Source: Bacilli bacterium (GTDB lineage: Bacteria; Bacillota_I; Bacilli_A; RFN20; CAG-826). Taken from it: a DNA stretch of 64,000 nt. The stretch spans positions 16,116-80,115 of the forward strand of contig JAZQOV010000006.1 of NCBI GenBank assembly GCA_045628045.1, in the 5' to 3' direction. Below are positions 38,281 to 46,374 of the stretch, one piece after another; position 1 is the first letter of the stretch; every line of letters begins with the position of its first letter. The translations under genes and the position numbers were made by a program. The notes beneath the pieces are model-generated. The model saw only the letters and a list, made by a program, of their open reading frames with translations. It was not told where the DNA came from and did not search any database.

Positions 38281-39579
38281 TTAGATAAATAATAACAAAC
38301 TTGATAAACAAACTGCTAATGATGGAATTCCGACAATTAATCCATACTTCACAAAATCAACATAAGTAAAGTTAACATCATATTTCTTTAAAATAGAAAG
38401 CCACATAATGCCTGCGAGTGCACCAAAAGGTGACAAAAATGCACCAATATTAGATCCAACAATTGAAGAATAAATTGCACTTAGTTTTATTGAAACTGGA
38501 GCAAACTCACAAATGGATGAATACAAAACAGACATTGGAATATTGTTTATAAAATTTGCAAAGATTGCGGATGAAAATCCATAAACAAATGTTGGACCAC
38601 CATTTTCATAAAATTCTGCAAATGATTTAGTGATTCCAAACTTCTCTAATGTTAGAACCAAAGTGAACATTCCAATAACAAAAGGAATAATTTGATAAGG
38701 AGCTCTTAAAAATGTATTCCCAAGTTCGCGTGGTCTCTCTTTTTTAATTAAATAATAAAGCAGCGCAGACACAACTAATGCGCCAAGAGAAATGGCACTT
38801 ATTAAATACATCGGAATTGAAAAATATCCGGAAATTACCAGGAAAATTGTACAAATTCCTAGGATAATTAGGCCAATCACTGTTAATGGAATATTTTGTT
38901 TTTCAAGAGTAATTTCTTGTGGTTCGAGTTCTTTTTCTAGTTGTTTTTTAAACAAGAAGAATAGAATGAAAAATTCGACAATTCCTGTTAGTAAAGTTGG
39001 TATTGCCATCACCTGAAAATATTCAATAAATGAAATGTTGAAAGATGATGCTAAATAAATGTTTGTTGGGTTTCCGATAATGAAAATCATGCTCCATGTG
39101 TTAGCTGCAATAAACTCACTAACTAGGTAAGGGACAGGATTAATTTTTGCGTTTTTACAGAAGAACAAAATGAATGGAGTTAATGTCAGAATAATGATGT
39201 CGTTTGATGTAAACATTGTTAATACCGAAATAAAAACATAGAGAATAATAAACAATGTTGTTTGTGAGCTTTTAACTCTTTTAAGCGTCCAATTAGCAAG
39301 ATGCGAAAAGAAACCAACTTCGTCCAAAAATATCGATATACAAGACATTGATAAAAATAAAATCAATATCTGAATTGGATTAATTCCATCATCTTTAGTT
39401 AGTGCACTCCACCATTCTTTCAAAGAAAGAGATGTACATAAAAGAATTAACGCACCCAATAAGGAAATAATCCAAAAAAGATCAATCTTATGTCCTTTAA
39501 TATTTAAGGAAGGTTTTAAAACCGAAGTTATTACTATTGATAAACAAGTAAATAAAGAAATTATAATTGCAATAATCAT
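38281..39579 (-). CDS. ArsB/NhaD-superfamily (citrate transporter-like) anion permease
   Basis: About 432 aa with 10 or more TM segments, in a two-halves layout with a central charged loop (KKQLEKELEPQE). The ORF-track start at 39615 is a TTG; ATG 39579 sits 7 nt after a TATAAT box. Confidence 0.65.
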   Translation of the reverse strand: MIIAIIISLFTCLSIVITSVLKPSLNIKGHKIDLFWIISLLGALILLCTSLSLKEWWSALTKDDGINPIQILILFLSMSCISIFLDEVGFFSHLANWTLKRVKSSQTTLFIILYVFISVLTMFTSNDIIILTLTPFILFFCKNAKINPVPYLVSEFIAANTWSMIFIIGNPTNIYLASSFNISFIEYFQVMAIPTLLTGIVEFFILFFLFKKQLEKELEPQEITLEKQNIPLTVIGLIILGICTIFLVISGYFSIPMYLISAISLGALVVSALLYYLIKKERPRELGNTFLRAPYQIIPFVIGMFTLVLTLEKFGITKSFAEFYENGGPTFVYGFSSAIFANFINNIPMSVLYSSICEFAPVSIKLSAIYSSIVGSNIGAFLSPFGALAGIMWLSILKKYDVNFTYVDFVKYGLIVGIPSLAVCLSSLLLFI

Positions 39580-40026
39580 AATTCTAATTATATAACAGTT
39601 GTCTTTAAAAGACAACTGAAATTTATTTCTTTTAAATATTTTGTTGCTAAAGGTGCTAAAAACTTGCGGTGCACAAACACATTTTAATACAATCCAAAAC
39701 CTCCTGATATTACTTTATTAAGTTTATTGCCATTTGACCGACGTAATATTCAACACACCAAATAACAAAAAGCAACCAATATTGGTTGCTAATTTTATAT
39801 TGATGGCAAAGGGCAGCAGAATTAATACAATTTTCCACCCCTAGTTATGATAATAAGACCAAATAATGTTATCTAATCTTGAAACAGTGAGCCCAGATTG
39901 ATATAGCAGAAATTAGTAATCTATAATATGAGTAAGGAAATATTTGAAAAGATATTGATAAATTAGAATTTGCGCCTACAATGATAAAAAACATATAAAT
40001 CTTAACGACAAGGAGGAACAACAGTT

Positions 40027-40416
40027 ATGGATAACAAAGAACTGGTAACTCGCTTTTTTGTGGAAGGATATATCAATCACAATTACGACTTTATCATGGA
40101 ATGTATGGCGGAGAACTACATAGACCACAGTCCTGCCGGAGCAAGAAGTAATGCTGATGCCGTGGGCATCTTGAAAATTGTGGAGGGACAATTCTTTGAC
40201 CTGAAAATTGAGGTGCTTGACGTATTTGGTGAAGATGATATGGTTGCAACCAGAATTCTCTATCAGGGTATTCATGCCGGAACTTGTATGGGAATACCAG
40301 CTACCGGAAAGCATATTAGCTTTGAGGCATTGGAGAACTTTAGGGTTGTGGACGGCAAGATTGTTGAATCATGGGGCTACTGGCCAGATAAAGAAATTGA
40401 AGAAAAACTTCGATAA
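40027..40416 (+). CDS. SnoaL-like / ester cyclase family protein
   Basis: 129 aa. The N-terminus NKELVTRFFVEGYINHNYDFIMECMAENYIDHSP and the C-terminus FRVVDGKIVESWGYWD are typical. AGGAGG RBS; a TTGATA-N18-TATAAT promoter lies at about 39897-39926. Confidence 0.75.
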   Translation: MDNKELVTRFFVEGYINHNYDFIMECMAENYIDHSPAGARSNADAVGILKIVEGQFFDLKIEVLDVFGEDDMVATRILYQGIHAGTCMGIPATGKHISFEALENFRVVDGKIVESWGYWPDKEIEEKLR

Positions 40417-40588
40417 ATTTCAGTTTGTAGAAATAAATAATTCAAACGATAACTGAAGTAGAGTTGCTTCAGTTTTTATTTTAAAATAAAAGACAGATTT
40501 TAAATCTGTCACTACCTTAATTGGTTATTTGGTGCATCAGGCCCCAAATCTCTAAATTGAACCACCAAAAACGGCTTCAAATGCTTTA

Positions 40589-41113
40589 TTAATGAGTATC
40601 TACTTTAACTCTCCACACGTTTTTTACGATTTTCTTTTCTACACCTTGATATAAACCGATCCCTGTAAAGACATTTTCAAAGCCGCATTTTCTCATAACG
40701 GCAAGGGATGCGGTATTCTCCGCCAAACAGATACCGTATATTTCAGATATTCCTGCCCGTTTTGCAATCACCGGCAGAAACGCATTTACCGATTCGGTTG
40801 CATATCCGTTTCCCGTATATTTCTTTGCAATGTGATAGCCAATTTCCCACTTGCTATTTTCAATCTGACACAACTGAACATAGCCGATATTGTCCTTTGT
40901 CTCTTTCACAATGATCGGATACACAAGCGGCCCGTCAAAAGAACCATACTGCGAAATAAGTAGCCTCAAAACTTCTTCTGCTTCTTCAACAGTTTCCCAT
41001 ACTTCATCCGGGACAAATCGCTTATTATCCTCATCCACTGAGTTTTCCTGAACGACCTGTGCCATATCCAAAGTGAATTCGGTGATAATCAATCTTTCGG
41101 TTTCAATCAGCAT
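40589..41113 (-). CDS. GNAT-family N-acetyltransferase (RimJ/RimL-like)
   Basis: 174 aa with TERLIITEF at the N-terminus and the GNGYATES acetyl-CoA block. Its own TTGACA-N17-TAGTAT promoter lies upstream. Confidence 0.8.
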   Translation of the reverse strand: MLIETERLIITEFTLDMAQVVQENSVDEDNKRFVPDEVWETVEEAEEVLRLLISQYGSFDGPLVYPIIVKETKDNIGYVQLCQIENSKWEIGYHIAKKYTGNGYATESVNAFLPVIAKRAGISEIYGICLAENTASLAVMRKCGFENVFTGIGLYQGVEKKIVKNVWRVKVDTH

Positions 41114-41187
41114 TTTTACTTTCCTTTTTGCTTTATGAACATACTAAACTCAACAAAAGTTCCTGTCAACAGCAGAATAGAGCCTAC

Positions 41188-41248
41188 CATCTAACGCTTT
41201 TAATGCTTTTTAGTTTTTTGATAATTTTTCAACTCTAATAATTTCCAT
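41188..41248 (-). pseudogene. Remnant of the first ~20 codons of the ABC ATPase gene (copy of 47030-47090), with an in-frame stop
   Basis: Minus strand reads ATGGAAATTATTAGAGTTGAAAAATTATCAAAAAACTAA..., that is MEIIRVEKLSKN*. The intact gene has MEIIRVEKLSKNYKALKALDE. Confidence 0.8.
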
Positions 41249-41378
41249 GCTCTAGCCTTCACGACACGAGCATACAAAAAACAAATTTATTTGTCATAGA
41301 AATTAACTAAGTGGTCTTTTTTGCTAACTATTCGGTAGAAAAAAGCACTGATTTTTGCATCAATGCTGTTGTTTACTA
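41188..41378. repeat. Copy A of a ~190-bp direct repeat (partner at 47030-47218)
   Basis: Aligned by eye at about 90% identity. It covers the ABC gene 5' end, the leader, the promoter region and the terminator hairpin GCACTGAT...ATCAATGC. Confidence 0.8.
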
Positions 41379-41407
41379 ATGCCTCCGTTTACCCATTTTG
41401 ATACACT

Positions 41408-41460
41408 GCATACCCTAGCCTAGTTTTTGCATACCCTAGGTGTTTTTTGCATACCCCTAT
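41408..41460. repeat. Three phased direct repeats TTTGCATACCC(T)
   Basis: GCATACCC starts at 41408, 41429 and 41449, a 20-21 bp period, just 3' of the kinase gene stop. Confidence 0.7.
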
Positions 41461-41490
41461 TTCTGAACGATAAATAAAAATTTATCAGTA

Positions 41491-41985
41491 TTACAACCTC
41501 TTTATCTCATTGGCAATCGCAGCCACAGCTTTTCCTTTAGTATCAATTTTAATAGTGTCCAATGCTTGATACATAGGTATTCTCGCTATGCTTCTCTCAA
41601 TTACATCTTCAGAACGAATACCTTTTTCTACATCCGCGGACAATCTTTCACGCAGAGTATTTTCATCGGCTGTCAGAGAGATGCATTTCACCTCACAGTT
41701 CTGTATATCCAACTTCTTAAGTATGGAATCGATAATTCTCTGCTCGTGCATCACCCAACAAAAAATAATATTCTCGTATGCATAACATTTCAGAAAATTA
41801 TTGAGTAAGTAACAAATATTATTCGTCACCATTGCTTTTGTTTCATCGGTTACTTGGAATGGATCGGCATCCCAACACCAATCTCCATCAAGAAATACAC
41901 TATTCGGTAAATCCTGTTTGAGCTGTTGGCACACAGTTGTTTTTCCAACTCCCATAGTGCCACCAATCATATATAAAGTTTTCAT
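41491..41985 (-). CDS. P-loop NTPase / small-molecule kinase-like protein (AAA_18/AAA_33-like)
   Basis: 164 aa with Walker A GGTMGVGKTT at the N-terminus and the size of a nucleoside/shikimate/chloramphenicol-kinase-like fold. Confidence 0.65.
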   Translation of the reverse strand: MKTLYMIGGTMGVGKTTVCQQLKQDLPNSVFLDGDWCWDADPFQVTDETKAMVTNNICYLLNNFLKCYAYENIIFCWVMHEQRIIDSILKKLDIQNCEVKCISLTADENTLRERLSADVEKGIRSEDVIERSIARIPMYQALDTIKIDTKGKAVAAIANEIKRL

Positions 41986-42040
41986 ATCTGTTCCTCACAA
42001 ATCCCGATTTATCGATATCCCGACAAATGCGAATTTCTCT

Positions 42041-42508
42041 TTATCTATGCTTTTCTAAGCGTAGAAGACCTTCTTCATCCGGTACACTAATTCCGTTTTT
42101 ATATGTGTATCCCATTTTTATATAAAAGGGAGTTGCAGTGATCGAGGCAGGTATTTCAATTCTCTTCGCGCGAAGAAAATATTCGTCTTTTTCCAAAGTA
42201 TCTATGATCTTTCTTCCGATTCCTTGCCCGTGATACTCTGGTAAAACAAAGATAGTGAATAAACTACTTTCGTCAACTTTACCCCAGTATGGTCCTATTG
42301 CACCGCAGCCCACAATTTTATCCTCATCGCATACTACATAAAAATGAGTCCATTTTGCGCGTTCCAAGATGTCTTTCGGCTGTAATTTTTGAACATCATT
42401 TTCGATATATTCCCTCGAATAATCTTTGGTGTTGACTTCTCTGAGCGTCCTAACAATCAAAGCTGATACATTTACTGCATCTTCAGGCTCGATTCTTCTG
42501 ATAATCAT
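42041..42508 (-). CDS. GNAT-family N-acetyltransferase
   Basis: 155 aa with the HGQGIGRKII acetyl-CoA-binding block. Confidence 0.8.
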   Translation of the reverse strand: MIIRRIEPEDAVNVSALIVRTLREVNTKDYSREYIENDVQKLQPKDILERAKWTHFYVVCDEDKIVGCGAIGPYWGKVDESSLFTIFVLPEYHGQGIGRKIIDTLEKDEYFLRAKRIEIPASITATPFYIKMGYTYKNGISVPDEEGLLRLEKHR

Positions 42509-42826
42509 TGCATCGCATCCTCATGAATCTCGATTTCTCTCCGTTTATTATACCGGCGATGCAGGGACATTTCTATTGATAAAAACAGCTGGGACACCCC
42601 AACTTCCACAACTTACTCCTCGTGAGATGTGTCTTTCCAAAGGATACTTACGTATTTCTAAAGGCTACCTAGCTGAAGCAAGGATTCTATCAAAAGAGCT
42701 GACTAATTATTCCTTATTTATTAGATTTATAAGAAAAAATGCCCATTTCTGAGCATTTTTGCGGTTTTTCGCATATTCCACTTTGTATCAAAGCATGTAT
42801 ACGATTATGTCTTGCTGCAACGAAGT

Positions 42827-42885
42827 TAATAGTTTTTAACCAAGTGCAACGAAGTTAATGGATCGAACACAACGAAGTTAATATG
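42827..42885. repeat. Three direct copies of the box (G/A)CAACGAAGTTAAT
   Basis: Copies start at 42827, 42846 and 42869, giving spacings of 19 and 23 bp. Confidence 0.75.
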
Positions 42886-43014
42886 TGTTTTCAATCAAAT
42901 GGGCCACTTCAACAATGGTTCAAGTAGCAAGTATGAGACTATTGATGGATACGAAGTAGATAAATATAACTACCAAAATCACACAGTTAATAAGATAAAA
43001 ACATTTAAAAAGAT

Positions 43015-43692
43015 TTAATCATTAACAAAGAATATCGTGTTCTTATCAAATGCCCCATAGGCAAATCCGAAATTAAGGAAGCCGGGCATTTTTTCATATG
43101 CTTTAAATGAAGTTCTATTTATAAATTCATCTACACCAATATTTTCAATATATCCATATGGGTTATAGATGGTGACGTTATCGTTAGAAATATCAAGGCT
43201 GGTTACTACTGAATAATGAAGCGTCCATTCATTTTCATATTTGGCGGCCCATTCCACGATAACAGGGTTCTGATCTTTTAAAGATTTGAATATTTCTTTT
43301 AAGAGAATATCGTGTTTTAGATATTCGTGTTTATCAAATGATTTTCCTTCAATAAAATTATTGATTTCTTCTAAGAAACCTTTCGATGTTGAGGTAGTAA
43401 TTCTGCCTTTATTCTTTAGACTTAGTTCGTCTTCAGTGATCTTTTGTCCATAGTAGGAGGATACCATTTCAATTGAGGCGTAGCCACAAGAGATATGTTG
43501 TTCAACAAGCTCTATTCCGCTTACTTCTACCTTTTGAGAATAGATGCTGCTATCTTTTAAATAGGAGTAGTCTGATTTTAAAGATGATGTTCTAATTCCT
43601 AGAATTGAAAAAGGAATCGCAAGCGAAAGAGAAATTGCTCCCAAAAAAACACTAGAAATAATAATTGCTAATGTTTTCTTTTTAAGCTTCAT
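43015..43692 (-). CDS. Membrane-anchored C39-like (papain-fold) cysteine peptidase domain protein
   Basis: 225 aa with an N-terminal TM helix. SCGYASIEMVSSYYGQKITEDEL resembles the Peptidase_C39_2 Cys block and WTLHYSVVTSLD..VTIYNPYG the His block. Confidence 0.6.
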   Translation of the reverse strand: MKLKKKTLAIIISSVFLGAISLSLAIPFSILGIRTSSLKSDYSYLKDSSIYSQKVEVSGIELVEQHISCGYASIEMVSSYYGQKITEDELSLKNKGRITTSTSKGFLEEINNFIEGKSFDKHEYLKHDILLKEIFKSLKDQNPVIVEWAAKYENEWTLHYSVVTSLDISNDNVTIYNPYGYIENIGVDEFINRTSFKAYEKMPGFLNFGFAYGAFDKNTIFFVND

Positions 43693-43888
43693 ATTTATAC
43701 TCCAAAATATCGGCAGGTTGACAATTCAATTCTTTGCACAAAGCATTTAAAGTGGAAAATCGAATTGCTGAAATTTTACCTGTTTTTATGTTGGACAAAT
43801 TCGCGTCCGTCAAGCCGATTTTTACTGCAAGATCTTTCAGTTTTACACCGCGCTCTTTCATTACTTTATCTAATTTTAATACTATCAT
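43682..43888 (-). CDS. YozG-type small XRE-family HTH regulator
   Basis: 68 aa. MIVLKLDKVMKERGVKLKDLAVKIGLTDANLSNIKTGK..RFSTLNALCKELNCQPADILEY matches the YozG-like layout. ATGA overlap with the upstream gene. Confidence 0.8.
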   Translation of the reverse strand: MIVLKLDKVMKERGVKLKDLAVKIGLTDANLSNIKTGKISAIRFSTLNALCKELNCQPADILEYKYEA

Positions 43889-44376
43889 AATGTTTCGTCG
43901 TCATTCTTTTGTAATTCTTTGCCGTATTTGAAAAACAAACCAAAAATAAACATAACAATACCCGATATAACTCCACCAAGAGAAATTGGGAAGATCAATT
44001 CGGTTGTAGGGTAGATAATACGTAAAACTGTTGAGCCGACAAGCGCAGGAACAACCGAAATAAGTATTACGAATATAGCAATCTTTTTCAAATAGTGACT
44101 TACTTTTTCTCCAAACGGGGCTTTTTCTTGTTCTATGCTTTTGAAAAGGCTTTCTAGATTCCAAAGCAACCCGATACATATAAACGCATATAAAGCAAGC
44201 GTACCAAATATGCTTGCAGTTTCCGCAACGGAAAGTTCTTTAATTGCATTTGTACATGACAGCGCAATCGTCAAAGCGATAAAAACCAAACACGCTGCAC
44301 AACTTACAAAATAAAGAACTTTCGTTACTATGTAACACACTTTTGCAGTTTTGATAATTTTGTTTTTTGTTTCCAT
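43885..44376 (-). CDS. DUF2975-like membrane protein
   Basis: 163 aa with 4 TM segments. It lies directly upstream of a YozG-type HTH, as in the B. subtilis yoaS-yozG arrangement. Confidence 0.55.
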   Translation of the reverse strand: METKNKIIKTAKVCYIVTKVLYFVSCAACLVFIALTIALSCTNAIKELSVAETASIFGTLALYAFICIGLLWNLESLFKSIEQEKAPFGEKVSHYLKKIAIFVILISVVPALVGSTVLRIIYPTTELIFPISLGGVISGIVMFIFGLFFKYGKELQKNDDETL

Positions 44377-44625
44377 AATGAAATTTCCTTTGTTTTAATT
44401 ACCAATATATTAGCGCAAAATTATCGTTTATCAATATTTTTTATCGTTTATCAATAATTTTTTGAAAGCAAATAATGCAAAACTTTAAGAAATTATCATT
44501 CTTATGGCATAACGCACTATGTTTTATAAAAGAAACAATAAACTAAATATGCCATAAATAATGAAAAAAGCCTTGATTTTAGTGTTTTCAACTGTATCAA
44601 AGCTTTAGTCTACATTTGTCTTTGT

Positions 44626-44643
44626 GCAAATAAGTTGATATAT
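44626..44643. repeat. Single copy of the GCAA(A/C)(T/G)AAGTTGATATAT box
   Basis: TTTGTCTTTGTGCAAATAAGTTGATATAT aligns with the 47222-47248 and 49474-49499 cores. Confidence 0.6.
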
Positions 44644-44679
44644 AAATTTGAGGTTCTTGACGCTCATTATTATACATCT

Positions 44680-45123
44680 TTATTCTTTATTCATTTCATT
44701 AAGCTTATTGTTCATTTTCTTTACTGTTTTCTTTGAAACAAGATAGATAATTATCCAAATAATGATAAACGCTCCAATAAATGCTGAAGAATAAATGAGA
44801 ATCACAATTGGTTTAAGCGGAATCCAATTGTTAATCAAATATCCAGCTGTATATACAGTGTAAAGTGATACACCTTGAAAAAACGCAGACTTAAATGGCG
44901 ACCATTTTTCAATTTGAGGGAATACACTACTACCAGCATGAACAAACGCAATCACGTATGTTGTAATAATCGCAGAACAAATCTGATATACAGATAATTC
45001 CACTTTTACTCCTGACCACTCTAGAATTAAATAAATAATTGCAAGAATAATTGGACCAAAGCCCGCAAAGATTAATCCGCGGAGCAAATAACTTTTTACA
45101 TATTTGTTCATGTTATAAGCCAA
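44680..45123 (-). CDS. DUF3021-like membrane protein (candidate membrane partner of the LytTR regulator)
   Basis: 147 aa with 4 TM segments. It overlaps the LytTR gene end by 11 nt. Confidence 0.55.
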   Translation of the reverse strand: MAYNMNKYVKSYLLRGLIFAGFGPIILAIIYLILEWSGVKVELSVYQICSAIITTYVIAFVHAGSSVFPQIEKWSPFKSAFFQGVSLYTVYTAGYLINNWIPLKPIVILIYSSAFIGAFIIIWIIIYLVSKKTVKKMNNKLNEMNKE

Positions 45124-45547
45124 TCCTTTCTTTCACGTGTTTTAATTCTCTACGAGAAATATAATCTTTGTATCCATTTTTGAAAATAACCAAAGTGGCG
45201 CCACCAATAGAGGTTTTGAATTCTTTCATTTGTTTAATGTTTGCTAAACAAGATTGATTTAGCTTAACGAAATATTCATTAAAAGGCATATCCTCAAGTT
45301 GATATAGTCTTTCTTTAAGTTGATATTTCTTTTCACCGATTAAAGCGAAGATTTTTCCGCCTTCCACAATGAAACAAGTAACTTCAATTGGATCAATCAA
45401 GATAGTAGTATCTTCATAGGTGCCAGTTAAAGAAACACCTGTTGAAGAAACTAGTTTTTCAATCTCTTCCACTAAAGAAGTTTTTTCCTTCGCGTAGATG
45501 ACTACTTTTTCTTCTTGTTTATCGTCGATAAATGTATAACATTTCAT
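45113..45547 (-). CDS. Stand-alone LytTR-domain DNA-binding protein (no receiver domain)
   Basis: 144 aa. The C-terminal block FVKLNQSCLANIKQMKEF...LVIFKNGYKDYISRRELKHVKERIG has the LytTR layout. Confidence 0.7.
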   Translation of the reverse strand: MKCYTFIDDKQEEKVVIYAKEKTSLVEEIEKLVSSTGVSLTGTYEDTTILIDPIEVTCFIVEGGKIFALIGEKKYQLKERLYQLEDMPFNEYFVKLNQSCLANIKQMKEFKTSIGGATLVIFKNGYKDYISRRELKHVKERIGL

Positions 45548-45561
45548 GTTTTAATTATATA

Positions 45562-46374
45562 TTAGCTGATATCTTTTTTCATTTTATTTGTGAAAACAAA
45601 CAATGACAAACTAACAAGCACTATCATATAGGCAAGCATTAAGACTAAATATAAGGTTCCACGATCACTGAAATTATAAATAACAGGATTAAATGTGGTT
45701 GCTTCATCAATTGAAGTCTGAGTTGCGCCTGTAATACATCTACCTAAATAAGTAGATTCATAGAAAGGCAAGAAACCACAAGCTTTTTCAAAATTTCCCA
45801 TTGTGTCTAATGGAATCCACGCACCACCCAAGATGCCAGATGCAGAAATGAATATTGATGATACTGCAGGTGAGCTTTTGTCATTCAAAATTGTTCCAAA
45901 TATCATGCCTAATGAGATGCAAATAATCATCATTGGAAACATTTCAATAAACAACAAGCATGCATTGCCAAAACCAACAAAACCTCTGCCACTTATTAAT
46001 CCAGATATATACCCAGAAACAATACAAATAACGGTTTGACATAATCCAACAATAATAAAAGGAATTAAATATCCCAATATGAATTGATATGCTTTAAGAG
46101 GCGAAGAAAATAGTCTCTTCAAGAAAGCGCTCTCTCTATCTTTTGATATGAGCAAAGAAGACATCAACATTAATAAGGAATAGCTAAACATAACAACCCC
46201 TGGAATTAAGCTCTTTTCATAGAAGATAGGGCTTTGTCCATCAGGTATATAATGTAAAATTACATTAAACATCAAAATCATAAAGATAGGAAACCCAACA
46301 CAAAAGATATATAAAAGAGGATCTCTAATCATTTCAGTTAGGTTTCTTTTTGTAAACAATATTGCCTTTTTCAT
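45562..46374 (-). CDS. ABC-2 type exporter permease
   Basis: 270 aa with 6 TM segments. Its start overlaps the ATPase stop. Confidence 0.75.
   Translation of the reverse strand: MKKAILFTKRNLTEMIRDPLLYIFCVGFPIFMILMFNVILHYIPDGQSPIFYEKSLIPGVVMFSYSLLMLMSSLLISKDRESAFLKRLFSSPLKAYQFILGYLIPFIIVGLCQTVICIVSGYISGLISGRGFVGFGNACLLFIEMFPMMIICISLGMIFGTILNDKSSPAVSSIFISASGILGGAWIPLDTMGNFEKACGFLPFYESTYLGRCITGATQTSIDEATTFNPVIYNFSDRGTLYLVLMLAYMIVLVSLSLFVFTNKMKKDIS

Noticed and set aside
39976-40314. 112-aa minus-strand ORF
   Set aside because: It is antisense to the well-supported SnoaL-like gene (40027-40416), which has an AGGAGG RBS and a promoter. The product has no recognisable features.
42426-42752. 108-aa plus-strand ORF in the long GNAT upstream gap
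   Set aside because: It starts antisense inside the GNAT gene, has no RBS, and its product is low-complexity. The region is better explained as a promoter and leader plus repeats.
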